A stretch of DNA of 31,549 bases from Clostridia bacterium (GCA_051866635.1 JBJDXJ010000043.1:1-31549); one strand, 5' to 3'; positions 18,771 through 28,444 are shown, counted from the stretch's first letter. Program-made: numbers and translations. The notes: generated by a model not told the origin, from the letters alone.

Positions 18771-18902
18771 TTAAAATAAATTCAACAAAAATACTAGCAG
18801 TAACAGTATCAGTATTATACTCTCAAAGGAGTATTTTTTCAATTTTTTCATAAAGAGAATTGTTATAAAAGTGAAAACTTTTCACTCTTTATGGCAAAAT
18901 TG

Positions 18903-18947
18903 TTGATTTGATTTATATTAAATTGTATAATAAACATATAAATCAAA
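18903..18947 (+). promoter_or_regulatory. Sigma-A promoter with a 12-bp inverted repeat around the -10 box
   Basis: TTGATT (18903), 17 nt, TATAAT (18926); TTTGATTTATAT (18907-18918) / ATATAAATCAAA (18936-18947). Confidence 0.7.
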
Positions 18948-18964
18948 ATCAGGAGGCTGAGATT

Positions 18965-19161
18965 GTGGAAGTTTCAAAACAGGATTGGAAGCTATTCAGA
19001 GCGAAAATTGGTGATTGGCAAGAAACATATATAGAAAAACTTAACAACTAACACATAGAACTTCTTCAAGGTAGCGGCACTCCTTCAGAAAAGTTTTGGG
19101 AATTGGAAAAACGCATCAAAATGACAAAAGACATAAGGGTGTGTTAATGCAGAATAAATAA
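18965..19161 (+). pseudogene. Inactivated small conserved hypothetical gene
   Basis: AGGAGG SD, GTG start, MEVSKQDWKLFRAKIGDWQETYIEKLNN*HIELLQGSGTPSEKFWELEKRIK; in-frame TAA at 19049 and an apparent frameshift near 19120. Confidence 0.65.
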
Positions 19162-19171
19162 GGAGCGGTTT

Positions 19172-19762
19172 ATGATCTTATATGTAACTAAGCAAACTTT
19201 TGAAAGATATAAATTTAAAATGCCCGAGGATTTCAATGATCCTTTTTTAGGCTCGGTTGCAAAGGCTGTTATTGAGCGTGAAAGTGGCGACAGATTATTG
19301 GAATGGGGCGGAAAGTTGTTTTATTTTGATCGAAGAAAGTGCATACAAGTAGTTAATTTTGCAAGCAAATTGACATTTGTGTTAGTGGATATTAAAATGG
19401 ACGACCGTGAACACATCGGTAATATAATAGCCAACTACATGTTCAATCTTTACGAGGGTAACAAGAGAATGATAAACGCACTTGAACGACTTTTTGAGGA
19501 GCACCCTGTGGTATCCTTTGCTCCGCTGAAGGACAAGGGCATTATTGCAACATTAAACCATACGCAGACCGACTATCTTCTTGACGGCTACCGTCTTGCG
19601 GAATATATCAAAGACGGTATTTTACATACGATTAAGTTTAACAATGATATAAACCGCAAATGGTTGTTTACGCAGAAAATTAACGGCAAGACGGAGTATA
19701 TTTATCCGGCAGAACGATTTGAACAGCTTATGTGCGAAAGATATGCGAAGGAAATTTTTTGA
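19172..19762 (+). CDS. DUF6933-like protein (related to the N-terminal domain of pRiA4b ORF3 proteins)
   Basis: AAGGAG SD; MILYVTK...EWGGKLFYFDRRKCIQVVNFASKLTFVL pattern. Confidence 0.65.
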   Translation: MILYVTKQTFERYKFKMPEDFNDPFLGSVAKAVIERESGDRLLEWGGKLFYFDRRKCIQVVNFASKLTFVLVDIKMDDREHIGNIIANYMFNLYEGNKRMINALERLFEEHPVVSFAPLKDKGIIATLNHTQTDYLLDGYRLAEYIKDGILHTIKFNNDINRKWLFTQKINGKTEYIYPAERFEQLMCERYAKEIF

Positions 19763-19805
19763 TAGGTGCTAAGATGAAGAAATATCAATAATTAGGAGAG
19801 CGATC

Positions 19806-20351
19806 ATGAAATTAGAACGAAAAGAAGCGGAGTTGTTTTACAACCTATGGTTTCCGCTGATGAACTTTGTAAACAAACGATACCGTGTATGCCCCGGAAC
19901 TGGAAAGATTGCCATGGGCAAAGGCATTGCACCGCCAGATGCCAAAGCCATAGCAAATTATATTTGGGAGCATACAGAAGTAATCGACGAATATCTTGCA
20001 GGAGCAGATTTGCCTGCGGAACACCGTGAGATCATTGAAGGTTGGAAGATGTTCAGGTCGGGAAAATACATTATGGAACGACATTTGAAAAGAGGTTCTG
20101 TTTTCATTTCTTTAGAGGATAATTCTGTCTATATGGTGCAGGGCCTGTTTTCGAGCTTTGACGAAATGTTTGACGGTTGGCATCTTCCGCTCTTGGTGGA
20201 TGCTGTATTACTCCCATTCCTCGGAAAAGTCATTACCGATGGATTAATGATTCCGCACCGTATTAGTTTTGGTGTAGAATATACTGCGGAATTTAAAAAG
20301 ATTTATATGAACGCAAAAAGAAACGGTGATATTAAGCTTTCGCTGCAATAA
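19806..20351 (+). CDS. Conserved hypothetical protein
   Basis: AGGAG SD, 181-aa ORF, C-terminal VLLPFLGKVITDG. Confidence 0.75.
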   Translation: MKLERKEAELFYNLWFPLMNFVNKRYRVCPGTGKIAMGKGIAPPDAKAIANYIWEHTEVIDEYLAGADLPAEHREIIEGWKMFRSGKYIMERHLKRGSVFISLEDNSVYMVQGLFSSFDEMFDGWHLPLLVDAVLLPFLGKVITDGLMIPHRISFGVEYTAEFKKIYMNAKRNGDIKLSLQ

Positions 20352-20457
20352 TTGCCTCTAAGTCAATAGAGGAGAAAACACTTTGTTACGCCATTTGCGT
20401 TTTCGAGCTTTGCGAGGAAATTCTGAGACAATCCCAAAACCGTTAACATGCCTCAAA

Positions 20458-20519
20458 CCCAGTCTCCGCAGAGCTTTCAGAGATTTTTTTAAAGAGTAAT
20501 TTCGGTGAAACTCTTAAAA
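20458..20519. repeat. Degenerate direct repeat, copy 2, able to form a hairpin
   Basis: Core AGATTTTTTTAAAGAGTAATTTCGGTGAA (20481-20509); AAGAGT...ACTCTT arms. Confidence 0.75.
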
Positions 20520-20642
20520 TTTGACTTTAAAATGTATTCTGTCTTTATTTTCGGGATTTTATCTTCATTTATTGCAAGTATTTATATAAAGACATATCGA
20601 AGAAAAACACACAGACTGAGTTTCTATCCGTGTGTTATTTCC

Positions 20643-21211
20643 TTAAAATATTTCTTTATTCAAAACCACACTGAGCACCTTAATCGCATCTTCATATTTC
20701 AGTGGTTTAAATAAAAGTGCTGATGTAGTTTTTTCATAATCTTCCCGATAAGCCTCTGTTTTCACAATTTCCTTAATCAGCAAATTCATATCCACGTCAT
20801 TCATTGCCGACAAGCAGGTTTTATGCAGTTTTCTTTCCTCGCGGACTATTTTCACAAGAATTCGCAAATCATCGTTAAGCTCAACAACTTCAAGCAATTT
20901 GTATAAATCGTATATGTGTCTTGAATGACCTTTTATTGTCCCTGCCAGATAATAATCGCCTAAGGCAAATAGTTTATCCACAAAAGTCCTGTCAGCCGTT
21001 TGAGCCGCTATTTCAAACGGTGATAAATCAAATTCATCAATTACAGAAATAATATCTTCTTTCAATTTTTTTCCTCATGCTTTCTCCGGGCTTTGTATTC
21101 CCTGCAATATTGAGGTCAATATCCTCCGAAAAGCGGTCTATTAACTTATAGCAGATTTGATGTGTTGTACACAACTTCTTTAAATAACTCTTTATCTTCA
21201 TGTAAGAACAT
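20643..21211 (-). pseudogene. abiEii: AbiEii-family nucleotidyltransferase toxin, internally deleted and frameshifted
   Basis: ATG 21211 MFLHEDKELFKEVV..., then in another frame YKLIDRFSEDIDL, an extra A in an A7 run (21066-21072), then RTFVDKLFALGDYYL...SRHIYDLYKL; the KGGT motif segment is absent. Confidence 0.8.
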
Positions 21212-21818
21212 TTCCAATCTCCATTTCGTATATAGCCTTATACACTTTATCCGGAAACAAAGGCAAATACATATCAAAATCCGCCTTCTTAATCCCGTTA
21301 TTTTTTATATATTCACAGACAAGTGCCTTTGCCTCTTCCGTGCCTATTTCGCAATATGTTTCTATATCCTTCAACAAATCCAGTATCTGTAGGGTTTTAA
21401 CATTTTCTTTTGTGATTTGTGTTCGTGATTTTCTCAAGACGAATTTTCTTCCGTTCAAATCAATTTTCTTCATCGGATTACCCATTTCGTTTGTAACGAT
21501 TTCTGAAACGAAAGGCATCTGTGTTGATATACCTATTTGGTTTGCAAATATATATCCTGAGTAATATCCTTGGGTTTTTCCGTTTCGTAATATATATTTC
21601 CTTTCAATCACAACTTCAGGAGACAAACTGACTTCTCCTCCAAGCCGTGACTTTTTAGGAATATAGTAAACCCCATTTACAAATCTTTTGATTTTTCCGT
21701 TGTCTGTCAAAATTTTAAATTGCTGCCTGCGATTTACCTCGCTCATTTCTATTTCAATATCAGCTGCAATTATCGGTTCCCCGGGATTATAATTTTCTGA
21801 GATATATTCCCACAACAC
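21198..21818 (-). CDS. AbiEi-type antitoxin / DUF6088-like regulator
   Basis: N-terminal wHTH (GEPII...GKIKRFVNGVYYIPK), GYYSGYIFANQIGISTQMP; overlaps the abiEii start. GTG 21818 favoured (ORF track 21833). Confidence 0.8.
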   Translation of the reverse strand: MLWEYISENYNPGEPIIAADIEIEMSEVNRRQQFKILTDNGKIKRFVNGVYYIPKKSRLGGEVSLSPEVVIERKYILRNGKTQGYYSGYIFANQIGISTQMPFVSEIVTNEMGNPMKKIDLNGRKFVLRKSRTQITKENVKTLQILDLLKDIETYCEIGTEEAKALVCEYIKNNGIKKADFDMYLPLFPDKVYKAIYEMEIGNVLT

Positions 21819-21873
21819 TCTTCTCACCTTCATTTTTCACATTTTTAAAATTACCTTTTTCTTTTTCGTTATC

Positions 21874-21903
21874 AGTATATCACATTTTATATTACTTAGT
21901 CAA
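21874..21903 (-). promoter_or_regulatory. Promoter of the abiE operon
   Basis: TTGACT, 18 nt, extended -10 TGaTATACT. Confidence 0.6.
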
Positions 21904-22010
21904 TATTAATTATAACAAATAGAATTATTATATCATTGTATTTTCTCTCAATTTATGCTACTATCTTCCTTGTATATGACTTTTATTGAAATTATATAAG
22001 GAGGCTTATC

Positions 22011-22217
22011 ATGCATACAATAACCTTAGACTTTTCTGATTGCAAATATATTAATGATATTCATACAGTGTTAAAAGACACATTTGAATTTCCCGACTAT
22101 TACGGAATAAATTTAGATGCTTTATGGGACTGCTTGAAGGACTATTCTATCAATTATAATCACGCTTTTACCATTTACCTAAAGGGCTTGAACTCAAAAA
22201 ATCCCGAACTTCAATAA
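22011..22217 (+). CDS. Barstar-family ribonuclease inhibitor, probably C-terminally truncated
   Basis: AAGGAGG SD; IHTVLKDTFEFPDYYGINLDALWDCL barstar signature; only 68 aa. Confidence 0.8.
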   Translation: MHTITLDFSDCKYINDIHTVLKDTFEFPDYYGINLDALWDCLKDYSINYNHAFTIYLKGLNSKNPELQ

Positions 22218-22306
22218 AAAGGAAATCAGACACGCCTTAAAGATTCCCTACTTTCCGTCAGCTTTACAATTGAATTCTGCAAATTCAACTTCACATTTTC
22301 ACTATG

Positions 22307-22366
22307 AAAAAGGCTGTTGCAAGTGAACAATTTTCAAGTTCACTTACAACAGCCTCATATTTTTTT
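22307..22366. terminator. Bidirectional terminator-like long inverted repeat
   Basis: AGGCTGTTGCAAGTGAAC (22311-22328) / GTTCACTTACAACAGCCT (22338-22355), one mismatch, between convergent genes. Confidence 0.7.
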
Positions 22367-22377
22367 ACGGCGTTTCT

Positions 22378-25300
22378 TTACGGCGTATCTATTTCTATTC
22401 TCAAAGCGTACCTGCTCGGAATCATATTACTTACGCCATTCCATTTGAAAACTTTTATGTATTTCATATCCTCGTTGTACGGAATTTCAACTCTGTTTTG
22501 GATTTGCCTTACTTCCACAAGAGCATCATCTAAGTTATATACACCCACAATACAACTATCTGCCGCTTCTATAATCAGATTCGCGTTTTCAACCTTCGCT
22601 GCAGCAAAATCTGAGCCTCCGACAACCTGATAGCGAGTTTCCACACCGTTCTGATCTGTGATAATAATTTCATCACCGGCGTATACCGGCTTATTATCAT
22701 CACCCTGCAAATCCAAAGTAGCAACACCTGTAACAACAAGCTTCTCCTTTACATCCTTTACAGTATCGCCCTTTGTAATTTTTATGGTTTTCAGTGTTTC
22801 ATTTATTGTATATGCACTGCTTGTCAGCTTCCAACCGTAAACTTCTATTTCCCACAAACTAGTTCCTACTGCATTATTCGTTTCTGAGCCTATAGTTTTG
22901 ATGTTGATAAATCTTGCATAATTATTCAACACATCAGACTTAATAGTCTTATACTCACTCTTGTTTACACCCACTAAGGTGTATCCCTGGCCGTCAAGAT
23001 TACGATTCTTGCTCGTATCACTCCAGAATGCTGCACCATTGTTGCCTATAGTTCTGATTTGGTAGATATAGCTTCTCTCGTTTGCTCTGTTGAAGCGCAA
23101 ATCAACTCTTGTTATGTGATAATTATCGCCCAAGTCAATTTCAATCCATTCATTCATCACATAATTTGACGAAAATCCTGACCAACGAGTGTCATAATTT
23201 CCGTCTACGGCATTTTTCGCATAATGACTTCCCTCAGTGTAGGAAGCTTTTACCTGTTTTCCGTATGCCAGATTATTGGTCAAAACAGCAAAATCCTTCC
23301 ATTGCTTACCATCATCAACCATAATGCGAAGCTTCATTCCGTATTTAAGAATTGTACTTCTGTTTGTAATTTCATTTCCGTCTGCATCAAAGAGAGCGTA
23401 TGTCTGTCCGTATGCTGAAGAAATACTATCTAAAAACTCGCCCCAAGTAATACTTCCGTTAATTTTAACATCGTTTTCACCTGCGAGCACTCTGCTGTCA
23501 GAAGAGTCTATCACATAACTATAGACAAAATCTTTCTCTGCAAGCAAATGTGCCTCTTCAGTTTTCAGTATAAATCTCAAAACTCTTTCGGCACTTCTTA
23601 ACACCTGCCATCTCTCAAGAGATCCGGAATTAAGGGCATCATATACATTCTGAGGCCTGGGGCTATCCTCAGGTGCCTTAACATCATTACCCGCCGCTAT
23701 TTCCTGGGAATGGCTGACATTGGCTGTTCTGTAGTCTGTCATAATAAACCCGTCAAATCCCCATTCATTACGGAGTATTTCTGTCAGAATCTGATAGTTA
23801 CCGGAAACCTGTGTTCCGTTTAAGCGGTTGTAGGAACTCATTATGGACCAAGGGTCTCCTTCCTTCACCGCAATTTCATAACCTTTAAGATAAATTTCAC
23901 GTGCCGCACGTTCACTAACACGGCTGTCGTTGCCCCATCTGCCCAATTCCTGGTTGTTAAAGGCAAAATGTTTAAGCTGAGATGCAACCTTTCTGGACTG
24001 CAAACCACGAGTTATGGCTGCAGCCATTTTACCCGATACATACGGATCCTCTGAAAAATATTCAAAGTTTCTGCCGCAAAGGGGGTCTCTGTGGATATTC
24101 ATACCGGGACCTTGCAAAAAGCTCATTCCGAAATGTCTTGCTTCATCACCTATGCCCGCCCCGAGCATTTCTATCAAATCTACATTCCATGTACACGCCT
24201 GCATAGTAGAGCAAGGATAGAATGTAGATGTTGTTTCCCATGTGCTTTGGCTTCCGTTATACTGAATCCCTGCAGGGCCGTTCGAACCGCCGATAACAGG
24301 TACTCCGTAAGCTTCAATTCCGCCGATACCTGTTCTGTGGCCTCTTCCGCTCATAGGCGAAACACAGCCTGTCAGCTTAACTGCCTCCTCATCGGTAAGG
24401 CGGGCAACAAATGCTTCAAGAAGCCTTGTGTCCTCTTCCGATTCTTCACCGTCACAAAATGCACTTGCAAGTTCATTAAAGTTTATAAAATTATCCTCAT
24501 GCTCTGCCGCATTATTGTTTTTATAAACATCCTTATATTTTGCATCCACATCCTCATCGGGATTGTTTGAAACGGGAGCGTTTTCTCTCTGCTCAATATA
24601 TTCAAATGTACCATTGCTCTTAAGACGAACGTTAAAATTATTTGTATCGGGCACCACATGATGCTCCAACTGCTCTACAAGTTCGATTTCATCAAGAACA
24701 AAGCTTTCTATGTAGGGAGCTCTTACGCTGTTACCAACATAAAATTTATATTCGCCCTCTTCCAGGACATATGCTGCCTCGTAAGCTGTTTTTCCCACAT
24801 CATCATAGCTTGCAAGTTCATCAAAGGGGAAAGTAATTGTTACAGTTTCGCTCTCTCCGGGCAAAAGCTCCTCTGTTTTATAAAATCCTGCCAGCTCACG
24901 AGCGGGCTGAGTAAGGTTTGTTTCAGGAGAAGATGCATATACCTGCACAACTTCTTTACCGGGATAGTCACCTGTATTCGTAACTGTGGCAGTAACTGTA
25001 ACAGTCCTGTCTCTGCCCTCTCCCTCTATATCAACCGTCTTATCGGTTGTTTCAAAGTTTGTATATGAAAGCCCGAAACCAAAGGGGAAATTGACTTTTT
25101 CCTTTGCCACGGAAATAGTTTCAAAATATCTGTATCCGACAAAAATATCTTCTTTATATTCAGTATAGCCGGAGTTACCAAAATTGCTTGCTGAAGGATA
25201 ATCAGAATAATTCGATGCCCAGGTATCTACAAGTTTACCCGAAGGATAACTGTCACCTAACAGCACATTTGCCATTGCTTCACCGCCAACCATACCGGGC

Positions 25301-26025
25301 AGAGAAACGAAAAGCACCGCATCAATGGCATCGTGCATAAGCCAGTCAGATTCAATTGCTCCTGTTACATTAAGGATAACAACGACTCTTTCAAATCCGG
25401 CAGACTGAACATAGTTTATCATATCACGTTCTGCACTGTTTAGTCTGAAATCACCATCAGAATCGCTTCTGTCAGTATCCTCACCTGCAGGTCTGCCTAT
25501 GGTAACAATTGCAGTGTCCGCTTCTCTTGCGGCTCTGTTAACATCAGCCTGGCTTATCTGCATTTCGCCCCAATGCTTTAACACTGCACCCTGGGTTGTT
25601 CCGTATGCATAAGTTCTGCCATCTTCTGCCCAGTATCTGTTACAATAATCTTCGTATGCATCCTTGAGTTCTTCATAAAGATAGATATCTCCAGCTTCGT
25701 CTCTTGCCTTTAATGCATCAAACAGACTTATATAATCTACTCTTTCGTTTTTACTGCTAAGATTACATGTTCCGCCGCCGCCGTAAATAAAGTCAATCTG
25801 ATTGACACCGAAAACAGCTATTGTCTCACCTTTATTCAAAGGCAGAGCCCCATTGTTTTTCAGCAACACCATGCCTTCTTCGGCAATAGTTCTGCAAAGT
25901 TCCAGACCGTCCATGTTACCGGTCAGTTCACTCGGTTCAGCGTTATAGGCAAATGTAGGTATCGCCGAACAAATAATACCAAGTGACAAGATTCCCGAAA
26001 CTAATCGTTTAAATATGTCTTTCAT
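22378..26025 (-). CDS. Secreted GH3 beta-glucosidase-like enzyme, permuted domain order (GH3_C, Fn3-like, GH3_N) plus F5/8-type C (CBM32-like) module
   Basis: Signal peptide MKDIFKRL...PTFA; AEEGMVLLKNNGALPL, PSGKLVDTW, FVGYRYF, FPFGFGLSYT, GKEVVQVY come before PGMNIHRDPLCGRNFEYFSEDP, KHFAFNNQE, GFIMTDY; NAVDGNYDTRWS...WIEIDLG. Confidence 0.9.
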   Translation of the reverse strand: MKDIFKRLVSGILSLGIICSAIPTFAYNAEPSELTGNMDGLELCRTIAEEGMVLLKNNGALPLNKGETIAVFGVNQIDFIYGGGGTCNLSSKNERVDYISLFDALKARDEAGDIYLYEELKDAYEDYCNRYWAEDGRTYAYGTTQGAVLKHWGEMQISQADVNRAAREADTAIVTIGRPAGEDTDRSDSDGDFRLNSAERDMINYVQSAGFERVVVILNVTGAIESDWLMHDAIDAVLFVSLPGMVGGEAMANVLLGDSYPSGKLVDTWASNYSDYPSASNFGNSGYTEYKEDIFVGYRYFETISVAKEKVNFPFGFGLSYTNFETTDKTVDIEGEGRDRTVTVTATVTNTGDYPGKEVVQVYASSPETNLTQPARELAGFYKTEELLPGESETVTITFPFDELASYDDVGKTAYEAAYVLEEGEYKFYVGNSVRAPYIESFVLDEIELVEQLEHHVVPDTNNFNVRLKSNGTFEYIEQRENAPVSNNPDEDVDAKYKDVYKNNNAAEHEDNFINFNELASAFCDGEESEEDTRLLEAFVARLTDEEAVKLTGCVSPMSGRGHRTGIGGIEAYGVPVIGGSNGPAGIQYNGSQSTWETTSTFYPCSTMQACTWNVDLIEMLGAGIGDEARHFGMSFLQGPGMNIHRDPLCGRNFEYFSEDPYVSGKMAAAITRGLQSRKVASQLKHFAFNNQELGRWGNDSRVSERAAREIYLKGYEIAVKEGDPWSIMSSYNRLNGTQVSGNYQILTEILRNEWGFDGFIMTDYRTANVSHSQEIAAGNDVKAPEDSPRPQNVYDALNSGSLERWQVLRSAERVLRFILKTEEAHLLAEKDFVYSYVIDSSDSRVLAGENDVKINGSITWGEFLDSISSAYGQTYALFDADGNEITNRSTILKYGMKLRIMVDDGKQWKDFAVLTNNLAYGKQVKASYTEGSHYAKNAVDGNYDTRWSGFSSNYVMNEWIEIDLGDNYHITRVDLRFNRANERSYIYQIRTIGNNGAAFWSDTSKNRNLDGQGYTLVGVNKSEYKTIKSDVLNNYARFINIKTIGSETNNAVGTSLWEIEVYGWKLTSSAYTINETLKTIKITKGDTVKDVKEKLVVTGVATLDLQGDDNKPVYAGDEIIITDQNGVETRYQVVGGSDFAAAKVENANLIIEAADSCIVGVYNLDDALVEVRQIQNRVEIPYNEDMKYIKVFKWNGVSNMIPSRYALRIEIDTP

Positions 26026-26073
26026 TTTAATCCCTCTCTCTTCTACAACTATGCTATCTGCATTATACATCTG

Positions 26074-27453
26074 TTATTCAGCTTCTTTAATTTCATATAA
26101 ACCGAAATCGAAAACTTTTTTGCCTGCTGCCCATGCAAAACTGATGCGGACAAATTCGTCTGATGCTGTAAACACAAGATTATTTTTGCCTGTTACAGAA
26201 TCGTTTCTGCCTATAAGTACATTTGTTGCAATTGTGTTTTCGCTTGTAGGGCCTTCCAAAACTTTTGTCCATTCATTGGCGGCATCAAGAGTAAAGGTTA
26301 AGAAGTATGTTTTGCCAACCTCAACATCCCATGCACGATATAATGTTTGGGGGTCAATGCTGTTGCCACCGTTAACGATTGTGAGAACATTGTCATTAAC
26401 CGTGAAATTGTAAGAAGCCGCATTAGAACCTGAGCCGTTGTACCAACCGTCTAAACCAAAGGCAAAATCTGCATTGGGAATAAGGTTGTCGGAGAGAATG
26501 GTATAACTATTGCCGTCATAAACTAAAGCATCACCATTTTTATATTCACCTGTGTTGTCAGCTTTTTTCATTTCAATTACAGCGGACTCGGAAAGATTTA
26601 CTGCTTCAGCTGTATAAAGATCGCTGCTGCCGTTTGCGGAATAATTGAATGCTGGGAATGCAGCATGGTCGTTTTTCAAAGAATCGTAACGCTTTGTTTC
26701 TGTTTTTACAACAGAACCATCAACTGTATAGGTAGCGGTAACATCAACTGCCGTTGCAGAATTTATGGCAGTTGCGATTGTAAGGTCGGCAAGACCTATG
26801 TGAGTGTAGTTTGTCCACCAGCCATTGCTGCCCACAATGGAACCGAAACCATCAACAGTTCCTGAAAAAGCGGAATCGGTATAAACCTTTTCGCCTGCAA
26901 CATAGTATTCAACAGTGTGTGTTTTGCCATCAGGATTGTTGTAGTAAACAATAGCCATATCGATGTAATTTATGGGGAAACCCATTTTGTGACTGTCTAT
27001 TACAACGGGGAAGTTTTTATCAAGAGTGACAGTTGTAATTTCCGCACCATTTGCATCACGGAATGTGAAAGAATAGTAGTTGTCGGTATGGGGCTGACCC
27101 TTGTGTTTCCATTCAATAATCATAACGTCAGAACCCTTAGTTGCATTCTTTACTGCAGTTGAGGCAGTTACTGTTGCATTAAGGTCTGTTTGATTTGCAC
27201 TGTAAAACTGTAATACGTCGTAACCGTCATATGTTCTTAAATTCGCATAGTAACCGGTGGCATTCCAACCTTGCCAATACGTGGATACGGAAGCATCATA
27301 AAGTCCGCCAACAGTAGGAGCAGACCATACAATCTCACCTGAAAGAGACTCTGTTACAGTTTTTGTTTCTTCCGCACTGACACTTATTGCGGGAACAATA
27401 ACCAAAATCATTGCAAGAGCAATGAAAAGTGCGAGAAAGCGTTTAGTTTTCAT
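26074..27453 (-). CDS. Secreted beta-rich protein with a C-terminal CBM4/9-like module
   Basis: GGAGG SD; signal peptide MKTKRFLALFIALAMILVIVPAISVSA; NLIPNADFAFGLDGW...VEVGKTYFLTF; no catalytic motif recognised. Confidence 0.65.
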   Translation of the reverse strand: MKTKRFLALFIALAMILVIVPAISVSAEETKTVTESLSGEIVWSAPTVGGLYDASVSTYWQGWNATGYYANLRTYDGYDVLQFYSANQTDLNATVTASTAVKNATKGSDVMIIEWKHKGQPHTDNYYSFTFRDANGAEITTVTLDKNFPVVIDSHKMGFPINYIDMAIVYYNNPDGKTHTVEYYVAGEKVYTDSAFSGTVDGFGSIVGSNGWWTNYTHIGLADLTIATAINSATAVDVTATYTVDGSVVKTETKRYDSLKNDHAAFPAFNYSANGSSDLYTAEAVNLSESAVIEMKKADNTGEYKNGDALVYDGNSYTILSDNLIPNADFAFGLDGWYNGSGSNAASYNFTVNDNVLTIVNGGNSIDPQTLYRAWDVEVGKTYFLTFTLDAANEWTKVLEGPTSENTIATNVLIGRNDSVTGKNNLVFTASDEFVRISFAWAAGKKVFDFGLYEIKEAE

Positions 27454-27577
27454 AAAAAACCCTCCAGAAAAAAATTAAATTGAATAAAAGCATTATTCTT
27501 TAGTTTGTCTTATGCTTCTTCTGCAAACAAATTCTATCACAAAAATAAATTGATGTAAACATAAATTCATAAGAATG

Positions 27578-28295
27578 TCAAATTCTTGTAGTTTCTTGTT
27601 TAACGTCTTCAGGAAAGATATTAAGAGAACGCTGCGAAAGATCGGTAAGCATAAGAATGTTTCTCAAATTATAAACAACTCTTTCACCCGTTTCTCCATG
27701 ATAAATACCGTAATCGTAATAATCACCCGTTGTGCCGAACTTATCTTTTACTTTTGTATAGTCCTCGTATTTATTTCCTGTAAATTCCAATTCTGCTCTT
27801 ATATCTGGCGTAAGGGGAATGTTTTGATTTCCGAAACACTGATAGTATTCATACATGGGAAAAATAAGCCACGCTGACCCTGAAAGCCACATTTGTCCCG
27901 GTCGGGAGCCAAAATGTATGAGAGTAGCCGCATCGCCGTCTGTACGGGTAGGAGCCCAAAGAGCATCGTCAATTCCGTAAATCTGCTTTGCGTTCAATTC
28001 CCAGTCTGTTATACACCTGAGCATAACATTCATAAAACCGATGGTTTCTTAACTATTGCATTGTAACTGTCGGCATGGCTGCCCATTTTGTAAAAATCTT
28101 TCATATCTGTAAGTTCTTCAACCGTAACATTCAAGTTTTCAATGTAGATACCGCAAGTTGGCGATGACACATTTGTACCGCTGTACTTATAAACCGTCCA
28201 GCTAACTTCAATCTCATCTTGTGCCATGGAATAAACGCAGGCAATAATGACAATAGCATGGTTATATTTAAAAATACGCTTATAACTTTTTTCAT
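27578..28295 (-). pseudogene. Decayed secreted glycoside hydrolase gene (GH95-like fragment)
   Basis: GGAG SD and ATG 28295 signal peptide MKKVISVFLNITMLLSLLPAF, frameshift to MAQDEIEVSW..., then a fragment NAKQIYGI...MWLSGSAWLIFPMYEYYQCFGN resembling the GH95 barrel; far too short to be functional. Confidence 0.55.
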
Positions 28296-28391
28296 ATTTC
28301 CCACTCCATTCTTCATCTTAATTATACTACGACTTTTTTCAGTAAATACATCCTCACGCCACATCTTTCCTAATTATGGCGTATTATTGCG

Positions 28392-28438
28392 TTGTTTTTC
28401 TTTCACATTGTGATATAATACAGAAAAAAGGGGGGGGG
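28392..28438 (+). promoter_or_regulatory. araC promoter with a G9 homopolymer at the SD
   Basis: Extended -10 TGaTATAAT (28411-28419); A6G9 run ending at 28438, 6 nt before ATG 28445. Confidence 0.55.
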
Positions 28439-28444
28439 CGTGCT

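Larger units (their letters stand above)
103..22250. mobile_element. Defence island / integrative element associated with a large serine recombinase; boundaries approximate
   Basis: Recombinase, TA modules, type III R-M operon, AT-rich cassettes and gene remnants cluster together; content switches to CAZymes after ~22300. No att pair or conjugation genes identified. Confidence 0.5.

Noticed and set aside
18798-18815. CAGTAA-CAGTAT-CAGTAT hexamer run
   Set aside because: Too short to distinguish from chance low-complexity sequence
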